IMG/VR virus record: IMGVR_UViG_3300032225_001322
Coordinates: 1-64,000 of that record
Reading direction: 5' to 3' (one strand)
From: a virus
Taxonomy: Duplodnaviria > Caudoviricetes
DNA: 64,000 bases
Both the position numbers and the translations under genes were made by a program. Below the pieces are notes generated by a model, which saw only the letters and a list, made by a program, of their open reading frames with translations, made no database searches and was not told the DNA's origin. Below, in pieces: positions 55,161 through 64,000 of the stretch. The first letter of the stretch is position 1; every line of letters starts with the position of its first letter.

Positions 55161-55194
55161 AGTATTATTGTAACATCATATTTGGAGTTGTCAA

Positions 55195-56658
55195 CTATTT
55201 CCACTCTAGTTTTTCCTGTGTAAATGGATAGTTTGCTTCTTTATAAAACTGTTTACGCTTGGTCAAATGACGTTTGGCAAACTTGCAGGTACTGGTCACG
55301 TCCCAGATTTGGACGAAATCTTTATCTTCAGCTTTTCGTATTCCTCGGCCGATTGATTGTATGACCCGGACAAAACTCTTACCAGGCTCAATAAGCACCA
55401 AATTAAAAATCCTAGGAATATTAATACCAACAGCAGCAACACCATAGGTAGCAACAATAACCTTCCCAGTAGCAGTTGCCACTTCGGCATATTCTTCATC
55501 TCTCTTAGTTCCTTTAGTTGCGCCACTGACAAAAACTGCCTTATCGCCTAACCGTTCTACAATGGCATGCCCGGCTGCTACTCTATCCACTAGCACCAAT
55601 GTATTTCCTGTAGCATTAACTTTGTCAACTAATTGCGATATGGTGTCAAGTCTATCAGGTTCTTCTAATAAAAATTTAAGTTCAGATTGGTAATTAGAAA
55701 ATTCAGCATGGTCAATTAATTGTACAATATTTACATGACATTGTGCTAGTACTCCACGGTCTTGAAGTTCGCTAGCTGACAGTTGATTAATGACTGGGCC
55801 TAAACTACATTTCAATGCTTGAAACTCATAGGGTTCTTTAGGTACAGTTCCAGTTAACCCCCATCGAATAGGAATACGACTCATTACTCCTGTGAGTAAT
55901 GTTTTTAACGCATCGGCTTTAGCCATATGGACTTCGTCAACCATAATACAGACCACATCTTCGATGAAGTCATGTATAGTAATGTCTGCGCCGTTTTTAG
56001 TATTTTTAAGAAGTATGTTAAGACTTTGCCAAGTACAAATAGTATGTTTCTTGCCCCACTCTTTTCTATCTCCAAAGTAAACTCCAACATCTAATCCTAA
56101 TCCGCGATAATCTTTTTCTGTTTGTGTTACTAAACTCTTATTGGGCACAATTACAATAGTTCTACCATATAATTCGCAGCGTTGACTCAATGCCGCTGTC
56201 ATAATTGTTTTACCAGCGCCCGTGGCAATTTCCTGTATGCTTTGCGGATTTTCTAAAAAGTTATTAATAATTTCAACTTGATAGTCGCGCAATTTAATTG
56301 GCTGCCCTTCCATGGGATGACCTTTACCCCAATTAATATGAGAAAAAGTTTCTTCAGTTACTCGCTCAAAATCAAAAGTAGTAGAATAATCACGTAGATC
56401 ATTAAGCTCAATGTCATAGTTATAACTTTCCAATATAGGAATAATCTCGGGAAGTAGATTTACATAAGTTGACCCACCCAATTGAAAATAGGAAACTTTA
56501 CCGTCCCACCGACCAAGTCTAACTGCTGGCAAATACCTAGCCCCAGGCACATCATATTTGAAAGTGTTTACTAATTTTCGCCTAGCATCCAGTTCTAGGC
56601 CTTCTATTTTGATATTAACTTCATCACGGATTGTTATTATAGCTGTTCGCATTATCAC
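55195..56658 (-). CDS. uvsW: SF2 DNA helicase (T4 UvsW-like)
   Basis: LRDYQ, ATGAGKT, DEVH, LTGT and QSIGRG.R. Confidence 0.9.
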   Translation of the reverse strand: MIMRTAIITIRDEVNIKIEGLELDARRKLVNTFKYDVPGARYLPAVRLGRWDGKVSYFQLGGSTYVNLLPEIIPILESYNYDIELNDLRDYSTTFDFERVTEETFSHINWGKGHPMEGQPIKLRDYQVEIINNFLENPQSIQEIATGAGKTIMTAALSQRCELYGRTIVIVPNKSLVTQTEKDYRGLGLDVGVYFGDRKEWGKKHTICTWQSLNILLKNTKNGADITIHDFIEDVVCIMVDEVHMAKADALKTLLTGVMSRIPIRWGLTGTVPKEPYEFQALKCSLGPVINQLSASELQDRGVLAQCHVNIVQLIDHAEFSNYQSELKFLLEEPDRLDTISQLVDKVNATGNTLVLVDRVAAGHAIVERLGDKAVFVSGATKGTKRDEEYAEVATATGKVIVATYGVAAVGINIPRIFNLVLIEPGKSFVRVIQSIGRGIRKAEDKDFVQIWDVTSTCKFAKRHLTKRKQFYKEANYPFTQEKLEWK

Positions 56659-56688
56659 TTATTATAGCATACTTAGTATGCAAAGAGC

Positions 56689-56719
56689 AAAAAAACAGGC
56701 ACCGTTTTATGGGTGCCTG
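56689..56719 (-). terminator. intrinsic terminator
   Basis: CAGGCACC-N8-GGTGCCTG plus T7 on the minus strand. Confidence 0.8.
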
Positions 56720-56790
56720 ATAAAACGGGCTAGTTTCCCAGCCCAGGAGCTACCTTGTACTTACCATTGGATATACAGTAAGTAAAATTT

Positions 56791-57816
56791 TTAGCTATTC
56801 TTCATACAAGTACTAGCCGCCAAAGCCTTCCAATTATCTTGCGATACTTTGGTTAAGTCTGCCAATTTAAGTGCCATACGCAAGCTCATCTCACGTAATT
56901 TGTCTTTGTTGGTATCCATAAATGCTAGGATTTCTTCACCTTGCTCTGGACTAAAATCATAGTCCTTAAATAATTGGCCTTGACGGAAAATCTGTTTAAT
57001 ACGCAAAAACTTGTCACGCATAGTGTTCAAAGTCAAATCCAAAAAGTGACAACGACTCTGTAATGCTTCCAAATGGTCCTGCATTTTCTTAGATTTAAGG
57101 TTGTCAAATTTTAAATTGGTAATAAAAATACAACCACCTTTAAAATCAAACATATCAGGAACACCTTCACGTCGTAACATAGCACTATCTGAGTTCCAGT
57201 GGATTTTACGCTTCTTACCAGAATCCAATGCGGCTTTAAGAATGTTTAGCGCCAATTCGTCTTGGAACACAGAGTCACAATCGTCAAATACCAAAACGTT
57301 GTTAGCATCAGAATGGCGATATAAAGTACAGTACAGACCAATTGGAGTCATCGCACCTTTGACCACTTCATACTTAATCTTTTTACCTGAGATTTTGTCA
57401 AACAATCCTGACTTTTCAAGTTCAAATTCTACACCGTAACTCTTACCTACGCCCGGAGGACCTACCACAATCATCGCACGAACATCACCTGCGATGGTAG
57501 CACGAGTCATTTGATGTAAAATTTCAAATCGTTGTTCGATACGATCCATAACTTCGTCATCGGATTCAGTCACTGGCTTAGTTACGACTGGCGCAACAAA
57601 TTCACCAACTGGTACTGATTCAGTTACAAACTCTAAGTCTTCGATTGAAGTTACTTTAATACGAACATCGTCGTATTCCTCGCCAAAATAGCCTTCAGAT
57701 TTTACAGTCACATAGCCTCCTTTGGCTCCAGTTTGATAACCTTTAACCAATGTAAATGAAACATTGTTTACAGGTTGATTACGATATACACCATTTTTAA
57801 TTAGAATTGTAGACAT
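56791..57816 (-). CDS. AAA+ family ATPase (early)
   Basis: GPPGVGKS Walker A, VFDDCD Walker B, FITN, ALQSR. Confidence 0.88.
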   Translation of the reverse strand: MSTILIKNGVYRNQPVNNVSFTLVKGYQTGAKGGYVTVKSEGYFGEEYDDVRIKVTSIEDLEFVTESVPVGEFVAPVVTKPVTESDDEVMDRIEQRFEILHQMTRATIAGDVRAMIVVGPPGVGKSYGVEFELEKSGLFDKISGKKIKYEVVKGAMTPIGLYCTLYRHSDANNVLVFDDCDSVFQDELALNILKAALDSGKKRKIHWNSDSAMLRREGVPDMFDFKGGCIFITNLKFDNLKSKKMQDHLEALQSRCHFLDLTLNTMRDKFLRIKQIFRQGQLFKDYDFSPEQGEEILAFMDTNKDKLREMSLRMALKLADLTKVSQDNWKALAASTCMKNS

Positions 57817-57875
57817 CTTTTAGCTCCTTAACTATATTGTTAATAATACTATTATACGGGTAAATGATTTAATTG

Positions 57876-58043
57876 TCAACCGTTGGTAGTATAGCGTATG
57901 ATTAAGTTAGTGTTCATAAACATTGCTTTTACTGTACTTTCAGCCACAAATGAGGAATCAGCATGAACGGGCATTGTTCCTTCGCTTACTACGACGCTAC
58001 TATTTTTTTCGTATGCGGTGTAGGTTACGTTAAAGATTGCCAT
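57876..58043 (-). CDS. small early protein (55 aa, MAIFNVTYTAYE...)
   Basis: Read manually; after promoter cassette copy 3; its TGA stop is embedded in the next -35 box. Confidence 0.65.
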   Translation of the reverse strand: MAIFNVTYTAYEKNSSVVVSEGTMPVHADSSFVAESTVKAMFMNTNLIIRYTTNG

Positions 58044-58049
58044 TTAGTG

Positions 58050-58106
58050 CTCCGTTTCTTTACTATGATAATAGTATAGCAAAAATGGAATTTCTCGTCA
58101 ACCAAA
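58050..58106 (-). promoter_or_regulatory. early promoter-RBS cassette, copy 3
   Basis: 46/48 nt identical to 8463..8510. Confidence 0.85.
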
Positions 58107-58108
58107 AT

Positions 58109-58131
58109 AAAACCCCTATCTCTAGGGGTTT
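58109..58131 (-). terminator. intrinsic terminator
   Basis: AAACCCCTA-N4-TAGGGGTTT plus T tract. Confidence 0.75.
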
Positions 58132-58147
58132 GTAAGTGGACACTAAC

Positions 58148-58900
58148 TTACTGAGCGCCTAGCCAAGTAAGGCTTTTATCTAACCAGGGCAGTACTAAAT
58201 CACGCTGATGTAAAAATCCTCTAGCTAGTATTGATTTGTCAGCTGATTCCGGGAGTAATTTAGCATCAACTAAATCATACCAACGGACAGTTTTAAGATC
58301 TTTAGGGTCTTGGTCGCTTTTATATACTATAGCATGTATCCAATTATTCACCGGATCTAATTTAAAAAATCCAGCTTTACAATCCCAGCCAGTTACAGCT
58401 AACATATGAATAAGACTTACTATCGTATGGTGATAATAGCATCCATCTTGTTGACTAAAATCTAGATCTTTATGATGTATATTTGTAGTTTGTGGGACTG
58501 TTAACGCTAGCATAGCGCCATCGGCAGTGATATTTCTCCAGTTAGACAATGTTTTAATTGGATCTATCGCATATTGAAAAGCATCGTGACACCACAATAC
58601 ATCAAATTTATCAGGCGGTGGATAGATATTTGATTCAAAATCTACTTTTTGATAAGTGATATTTAGGTATTCTTTAGCAATCGGAAGGCTATCTAAAATA
58701 TCTATACCCTGACATTGAATATTAAGCGGAGTAGCACGATCATCGTTTGTTGTGCGAGTGGCCCACCAGGTTAAATCTTTTCCTGATCCGCAACCAATGT
58801 CGGCTAAAGTTTTAATGGACAACATAAAATCTTCGTATTGCCCTAAAGCATTTAAAATTTCTAAACTATGTTGATGTGATTCGTCTGCGTTTCTAAACAT
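58148..58900 (-). CDS. class I SAM-dependent methyltransferase
   Basis: LADIGCGSG, GID, FDVLWCHD.FQY. Confidence 0.85.
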   Translation of the reverse strand: MFRNADESHQHSLEILNALGQYEDFMLSIKTLADIGCGSGKDLTWWATRTTNDDRATPLNIQCQGIDILDSLPIAKEYLNITYQKVDFESNIYPPPDKFDVLWCHDAFQYAIDPIKTLSNWRNITADGAMLALTVPQTTNIHHKDLDFSQQDGCYYHHTIVSLIHMLAVTGWDCKAGFFKLDPVNNWIHAIVYKSDQDPKDLKTVRWYDLVDAKLLPESADKSILARGFLHQRDLVLPWLDKSLTWLGAQ

Positions 58901-58902
58901 TT

Positions 58903-59355
58903 TTATACCTGTATATCTTCCATTCCGGCGGCTCTAAGTCTAACAATATGCCCTAGCATAAAGTTTTTAGACTCCATTGCTTTCATAATGCCTAAGTAAC
59001 GATTGCGTAACAATGCTACTTCATTGATTAGTGTTTCAAAATCGATAACTTCGTCTTCCCCGTCAACATATTTTTCAGCATCACGACTAGTTAAAGCCCG
59101 AGCATATCCTTCTAGATACTTTTGGAAATGTTTACGGCGAATTTTTCTAAGTTGAATATTAAGATAATTTAATACAGCTTCAATTTCTTGGAGTTGATTA
59201 AATCTGTGTTCAGTAATACCGGGTAAGTTAGTAATGTTCTTTTCGACCATACCACCTACTCGGCATTCCATTTTAGCATGTTCGAGTTCAGTTTCGTAGT
59301 GTGCGATAAAATCGGGGATCGCACCTAAGTCAGCTGTTACACGGCTATACCACAT
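58903..59355 (-). CDS. uvsY: recombination mediator (UvsY-like)
   Basis: F..YLE.Y.RAL.SRDAEKY.DG; near uvsX. Confidence 0.75.
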   Translation of the reverse strand: MWYSRVTADLGAIPDFIAHYETELEHAKMECRVGGMVEKNITNLPGITEHRFNQLQEIEAVLNYLNIQLRKIRRKHFQKYLEGYARALTSRDAEKYVDGEDEVIDFETLINEVALLRNRYLGIMKAMESKNFMLGHIVRLRAAGMEDIQV

Positions 59356-59609
59356 TAATAATCTTCATCCTCGTCAAAGTCTTCATCTTCGTAGTCTTCG
59401 TCATCGTCGGCGTCTTCGTGATCTTTAAGATAACTTGTAAGCGCCCGTTTAACTTCTGATTCGGACTTAAAAGTATCTTTGATATCGTCGGCATCTACGT
59501 CGTTATCAATTAAAACTGCTACTAATGTTTCGGCCGCTTCGTCTTTGTCTACTGAATTGACATAACGCTTTAATTCGTTCCAAATTTCTCTAGCTAAATC
59601 TACTGACAT
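59355..59609 (-). CDS. small protein with acidic tail
   Basis: Asp/Glu tail; lies between uvsX and uvsY. Confidence 0.7.
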   Translation of the reverse strand: MSVDLAREIWNELKRYVNSVDKDEAAETLVAVLIDNDVDADDIKDTFKSESEVKRALTSYLKDHEDADDDEDYEDEDFDEDEDY

Positions 59610-59611
59610 TC

Positions 59612-60670
59612 TTATTCCTCCGTAGGTGTGTCATCAGTACTTACTGTTTCTTGCTGTTTTCCAAAGTCTAGCATAATCTTATCAAGGCAGCCATCTTCGT
59701 TAGCTTCCCATTTTTTACGGAATTGTTTAATAACTTCTCCATCGCTGCTGATAAATGTTAAACTGTTGCCTTCTTTTTTGAGTAAGCCACGCTTTTCAGC
59801 TAAGTCTACCATGCCACTATACGGATTCATACCTGTTTCATAAGGAATCTTAATCTGCATTCCCTCGAACGGTTTAGCATAACGGGTTTTCATAACTTTA
59901 CAACCAGCACGAATACCCATAACATCACTAATCTTGTTGCCATCTTCATCTTCTTTGAGTTTCATTTTTTTCATAGCAACAACAATACTTGACGCATAGA
60001 TAAAACCTTGTCCGCCGCTAATTTTATCGTCTGGATCAAACATATCTTGACTAGCGTATGTATGATTAGTACAAACCATACCAACATTATAACTACCAAA
60101 AAAGTTTACTGAGTTACGAACTAGTGCTGTCAGTGCCTTAGGTTTACGACCCATGTCTCCCTTCATGTCGCCAGCTTCGAACTGATTAACGTCGGTTGGT
60201 GTTAACAACATACCAAGCGAGTCAACAACAAACAATACCTTTGGACGCTCGCCGTCGGGTAATGATTTATAGTCTTGCATAAATGTTGAAATGGTTTTTG
60301 CTACATCGTCAATCATAGCCATGTTGAGTTTAAGCAATTTGCTTTCGCTTGTGTCAACACCAAGATTGTGTAACCATAATTCGTCAAGAGCATTTTCTGT
60401 ATCGATTAAGACAACAAAGATACCTTGGTCTTGTGCGTTCTTTACAATATTTCCAGAACAGATATATGACTTACCTGCGCCAGATTCGCCAGCGAATACT
60501 GTTACTTTGCCTAGCGGAATACCTTTATTAAAGTCTCCTGAGATAAGATAGTTCAAAGCAAAATTGCCTGTACTAACCCAATCTGTTGGATCGTTGAATC
60601 CAATCGACATTCCGTCGATGGATTTTGTAATATCTTTTCTAAATTTAGAAAAATCATATGGCTTGGCCAT
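59612..60670 (-). CDS. uvsX: RecA-like recombinase
   Basis: STG..ALN..ISG, GESGAGKS, IDTE.A, VDSLG, NHTY and SGGQG..YASS. Confidence 0.93.
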   Translation of the reverse strand: MAKPYDFSKFRKDITKSIDGMSIGFNDPTDWVSTGNFALNYLISGDFNKGIPLGKVTVFAGESGAGKSYICSGNIVKNAQDQGIFVVLIDTENALDELWLHNLGVDTSESKLLKLNMAMIDDVAKTISTFMQDYKSLPDGERPKVLFVVDSLGMLLTPTDVNQFEAGDMKGDMGRKPKALTALVRNSVNFFGSYNVGMVCTNHTYASQDMFDPDDKISGGQGFIYASSIVVAMKKMKLKEDEDGNKISDVMGIRAGCKVMKTRYAKPFEGMQIKIPYETGMNPYSGMVDLAEKRGLLKKEGNSLTFISSDGEVIKQFRKKWEANEDGCLDKIMLDFGKQQETVSTDDTPTEE

Positions 60671-60696
60671 GTTTAGTCCTTTGAGTTATAGTAGAT

Positions 60697-60730
60697 ATAA
60701 TAGCACAAGAGTTGCCCCTTGTGCTATTAT
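60697..60730 (-). terminator. long hairpin / terminator between gp32 and uvsX
   Basis: ATAATAGCACAAG...CTTGTGCTATTAT, 13-bp stem. Confidence 0.65.
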
Positions 60731-60743
60731 TTTGGCTTAATGC

Positions 60744-61736
60744 TTAGGCTTTTTGACGAGCACGAATCATCGCTAGGATGTCTTGTGCTTTATCAGATGT
60801 TGCCGCTGGTGCTGAAGTAGATACAGGAGCACTAGCTACAGGAGTATCATCTTCATCATCAAAACTACTCGCAGGAGCCGGTGCGGCTTTGGCCGCTGGA
60901 GCAGGAGCATCTTCTACTTGAGTTGCTGGTGCTGATCCACCTGCGGGTGCGTTAACACCTGCTGGGCGGAAATACTGACCCCAACGCTCTGTGTCATAAC
61001 TCTGGCCATCAACTGAAGCTTCAAACATTTCTTTGATAACCTTGAGTTCAACTTCGCCTGGTTTCTTAGGCAAGAATGTTGATAAGTCAAACAAACCATG
61101 TGCTTCAATAGCCGCTTGTTCAGCTTCAGTGAGTGCTGATTCTTTACGAGCCCATTTAGAACCACTGTAGTCAGCAAAGCCACCTTTGGAACCTTTGCTA
61201 ATACGGAAGTCTAAACCTTTGAGATAGTCTGTTGGCAATTCTTCCAACTCTGGATCCATCAACGCACCTTTGATCAATGTAAAGATCTGTGGGCCGATAA
61301 TGAAACGACGAATTGGATTTTCTGGAGCCTTGTCATCAGTCAATGGGTTCTCGCGAACGAAGCCTTGGAAAATATAATCACGCTTTTTCCAATACTTACG
61401 ACCCATGTCTTCTAGTGCTGGATCTTTAAACCATGTACGTACTTCTGACAAGATTGGACAAGTCTCTCCCCACATTTCCACGCATGGAACACGGACTTGT
61501 ACTTGTTTAGATTCTAATTCTCCCTTAACACCATTGAATGGTAAACGAATCATTGCTCGTTCTTGCCAAAAGAATGTGTTTTTTGTGTTACCGTCTGGGA
61601 GGAAGCGGAGTGTGGCATTTTGACCTTCATCGATTGACCAATGTGGATAAATCGCTGAGTCGCCTTGTGAGTTGCCGCCTTGTTTGTTACTTTCTGCCGC
61701 TTGTAAGCGGGCTCTGATTTCTGATAATGATGCCAT
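60744..61736 (-). CDS. single-stranded DNA-binding protein (T4 gp32-like)
   Basis: LRFLPD, C.E.WG..CPI, DF.I.K..KGG.ADY..S.W and acidic/Ala-rich tail. Confidence 0.9.
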   Translation of the reverse strand: MASLSEIRARLQAAESNKQGGNSQGDSAIYPHWSIDEGQNATLRFLPDGNTKNTFFWQERAMIRLPFNGVKGELESKQVQVRVPCVEMWGETCPILSEVRTWFKDPALEDMGRKYWKKRDYIFQGFVRENPLTDDKAPENPIRRFIIGPQIFTLIKGALMDPELEELPTDYLKGLDFRISKGSKGGFADYSGSKWARKESALTEAEQAAIEAHGLFDLSTFLPKKPGEVELKVIKEMFEASVDGQSYDTERWGQYFRPAGVNAPAGGSAPATQVEDAPAPAAKAAPAPASSFDDEDDTPVASAPVSTSAPAATSDKAQDILAMIRARQKA

Positions 61737-61739
61737 TTT

Positions 61740-61871
61740 AAGTTGCCTTTCAAGTTATAAAATGTGATGCCTATCTATGTTACTAGATTAAAGTTGCCTA
61801 CAGTCTTTATTATACACAGGACTGTCTGTGTTTACTACTAAACTGGTTAAGTTGCCTTACTAATGTTGCCG
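61740..61871 (-). repeat. dispersed AGGCAACTT repeats in the gp32 leader
   Basis: Exact copies at 61740-61748, 61791-61799 and 61849-61857; degenerate copies at 61765-61772 and 61864-61871. Confidence 0.8.
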
Positions 61872-61893
61872 ATTACTGCTTTCTAACACTTAT

Positions 61894-64000
61894 TTATCTA
61901 ATGAAAATAGAACTGACAGATTTCATAGCGGTTAAATTGGAGTTTTCTTGTCCATCTGTAGTAGTATCAGTTTCTCTAATACCAGCTAAGAATTTAATTC
62001 TAGACATCATATCTTCGTCAGTGCCTTCTACTGGCTCTAATTTACCAGAATGTCCGTATGGTCCAGTTAACGCTGTATTTTCGTTGACTTCTTTGGATTT
62101 GTGTAGTTTGGCTTTGAGCATTTTTAATTTTTGACTTAGTGGATCATTTAATCCTACACGGCCACCACTGCGAACAATCTTTTCAATTTCGTCTTGTACT
62201 TTTGTCATTTGGTTAACAATACTACCGTTTTCTTCTAAGAAATTGCCGCCACCAACACTTTCTTCAAAATCGCCATTAATACTATCCCACCACTCAGCGG
62301 CTTCTTCTGGAGTCATACCGTATTCCCCAGCATTTGCAATAAAAGCATCTCGGTCCAAACTTTCAGCTTCTTTCCATAACCAGTCTTTCATGGCGCCTTC
62401 TTCTAATTTACCAAGAGCTTTGTGTATGCCATGGCGGCGCTGATCGTCTTTGCGACTATTTTCTTTATCAAACTTTGGTTCACGATCATTCATTGATGTG
62501 CCTGCATCTACACCTTGGTCAAAGTTACGCATCGCACGATCGGAACTTGCGTGTTTAACATAGCTCTTTAATGTATCTGGGCTTAGTTCGTCAAGTTCTT
62601 CTGCGCCTTGATTGGAGCTTTCCAAATCTCTAATAGCGTTATTAACCCAACCGCTTACATCACTACTGCCAATTTCTTCAACATCACCTATCCATTCGGC
62701 TTGATCACGAGCGGCAGTCATAACCGCTTCTGGGCCAAACTTGGCTAGTAAATCTGGATGAGACATCATAATACGATTGATAATAGCAGATTCTACTGGA
62801 CTTGCGTCATCTGTATTGAAAGTTTCTTTTACTGGCTCATTTGCTTGTTTTGTTACTGGTACCCATTGACCGTTTTTAAATTCGCGTTGTCCACCAACAC
62901 CGCCAACATATTCATCTAATTCTTCTTGCCCAGCTTCTGGAGTTTTTAATTGGCCAATAACTTGAGCAATATCTGGATTATCTTTTAACTCTTCTAAACG
63001 ATTAAGGATAATTTCGCGGGCATCAGCATTGGCATCTTGTTCGGCTAACTCTTCTAAACGGTCAAACAATTCGTCATCGCCAAGTAAATCATATAACAAT
63101 TCTGTTGCGTTAGTAGCATCGGCACCAACTGGCAATTCTTGACTGAGCAATGTTACTAAAGCAGTTTGTTTTTCTTTAGTATCGGGAATCGCCCATGTAC
63201 CTTCAAGAATAAGGTTTGTCCAATTTTCAAATATGTTAGCTTCTTTCATGTTGTGTTCCTGTTGTAATTTTGCCAATAACGGCAATGCTTGTTCAATTCT
63301 TGAATCAATGTTTTGTTCTACAAACATATGACGCAAATCTTCGATAATAACATCTTCATCAGTTAATGCTGCTGGATTCCATGATTCAAAATATTTTGTG
63401 TATCCAACTTTTGTACTTAAACTTTTTAAATTACTTTGTAATGTTTCAAAATAATGTGTAGCCTGTTCTACTAACTGTTGTGTTTCGCCTTCAAAGATTT
63501 TACCTTGATTAGCCCGGCGGAAACGACTCAATAAATTCATTTCTTCAACAATAGTAACAATGTGATTGCCACGAATATCGTAAGGCTTGCCGCCTTGGCG
63601 TACATGTTCTAGCATGGCGCGGCCAGCAGATAATTTTGTAAACGGAAGTTTAAATCTTTCGCCGTCTGCTGTTTCAATAAACAACGATTGTATATTACGG
63701 AAGCGAGCTTCGCCTTCGCCTATATTGCGTTTATGTTTAATCAGTAAGCGAGCTTGTGTAGAATCGGCATTCCAGGATAAATCTTTTTTACCTTGCCAGG
63801 ATTCAAATAACCCTTCGCTAATTGCCGCTTGACCCTGCATACTATATTTTAATTTGTTTAAATTTTGTAATGTAAAACTGAATAAATTCCTTTTGGCAAA
63901 CATACGAAGTTGATATAGGAAATCAAACCAACCCTTTTTATCATCGCCTTCCATGCTTTTACCAATATTATCGCCAAAGTAAACATTTAGGTCATTTTCA
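61894..64000 (-). CDS. large acidic, modular, probable head protein (5'-truncated by the window edge)
   Basis: Frame appears open to the window end; many [LIVF]xE sites separate short modules. Confidence 0.65.
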   Translation of the reverse strand, partial: ENDLNVYFGDNIGKSMEGDDKKGWFDFLYQLRMFAKRNLFSFTLQNLNKLKYSMQGQAAISEGLFESWQGKKDLSWNADSTQARLLIKHKRNIGEGEARFRNIQSLFIETADGERFKLPFTKLSAGRAMLEHVRQGGKPYDIRGNHIVTIVEEMNLLSRFRRANQGKIFEGETQQLVEQATHYFETLQSNLKSLSTKVGYTKYFESWNPAALTDEDVIIEDLRHMFVEQNIDSRIEQALPLLAKLQQEHNMKEANIFENWTNLILEGTWAIPDTKEKQTALVTLLSQELPVGADATNATELLYDLLGDDELFDRLEELAEQDANADAREIILNRLEELKDNPDIAQVIGQLKTPEAGQEELDEYVGGVGGQREFKNGQWVPVTKQANEPVKETFNTDDASPVESAIINRIMMSHPDLLAKFGPEAVMTAARDQAEWIGDVEEIGSSDVSGWVNNAIRDLESSNQGAEELDELSPDTLKSYVKHASSDRAMRNFDQGVDAGTSMNDREPKFDKENSRKDDQRRHGIHKALGKLEEGAMKDWLWKEAESLDRDAFIANAGEYGMTPEEAAEWWDSINGDFEESVGGGNFLEENGSIVNQMTKVQDEIEKIVRSGGRVGLNDPLSQKLKMLKAKLHKSKEVNENTALTGPYGHSGKLEPVEGTDEDMMSRIKFLAGIRETDTTTDGQENSNLTAMKSVSSIFIR

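Noticed and set aside
61740-61871. Spaced 9-bp repeats as a CRISPR array
   Set aside because: Repeats are too short and irregularly spaced; better explained as a leader operator
3310-63832. Numerous 60-150 aa ORFs antisense to or nested in long genes (e.g. 24093..24563, 27020..27460, 36918..37226, 57101..57439)
   Set aside because: Shadow frames of clearly identified genes, with no independent expression signals
1-64000. Stop-codon reassignment (as in some large phages)
   Set aside because: Conserved genes are full length under the standard code, and TAA, TAG and TGA all end genes at sensible positions
1-64000. tRNA, tmRNA or rRNA genes
   Set aside because: No cloverleaf or T-loop signature noticed in intergenic regions by eye; a tRNAscan/Infernal run is needed to exclude them fully

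Overview
This 64 kb window comes from a large, AT-rich, T4-related tailed phage genome (standard genetic code, genes almost all on the minus strand). The host is probably a Gram-negative proteobacterium, inferred from the IscU/IscA, desaturase, phasin-like and ROSE-hsp20 genes and the sigma70 promoters. The replication and recombination core comprises gp32 SSB, UvsX, UvsY, UvsW, a gp62-like clamp-loader subunit, primase, helicase, ATP-dependent DNA ligase, a miniature DnaE, an exonuclease and NrdA/NrdB/glutaredoxin. Virion genes include PAAR, a tailspike-like protein, a baseplate-like protein and several probable head-packaged proteins. The host-takeover set is unusually rich: ClpP x2, ClpX, ClpS, Hsp20, ribosomal protein bS21, IscU/IscA, a CDGSH-like protein, UvsE, a fatty-acid desaturase, a phasin-like protein and a hydroxylase/methyltransferase cassette. 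The most striking signals are cis-regulatory and translational: (i) the same two-hairpin ROSE-type leader precedes both hsp20 and the phasin-like gene, which also has PhaR-like boxes; (ii) twin covarying AAGAGAA-loop hairpins precede a DGQHR/ParB-like + HNH gene pair; (iii) many genes appear leaderless in a phage carrying its own bS21; (iv) a probable virion-packaged Pol-beta-type nucleotidyltransferase is fused to a ligase-like domain; (v) there are dispersed promoter-RBS cassettes and a 28-bp repeat containing the GCGAAGC mini-hairpin. I saw no tRNA, rRNA, CRISPR array or IS element. All product calls rest on motif recognition by eye, not on database searches.
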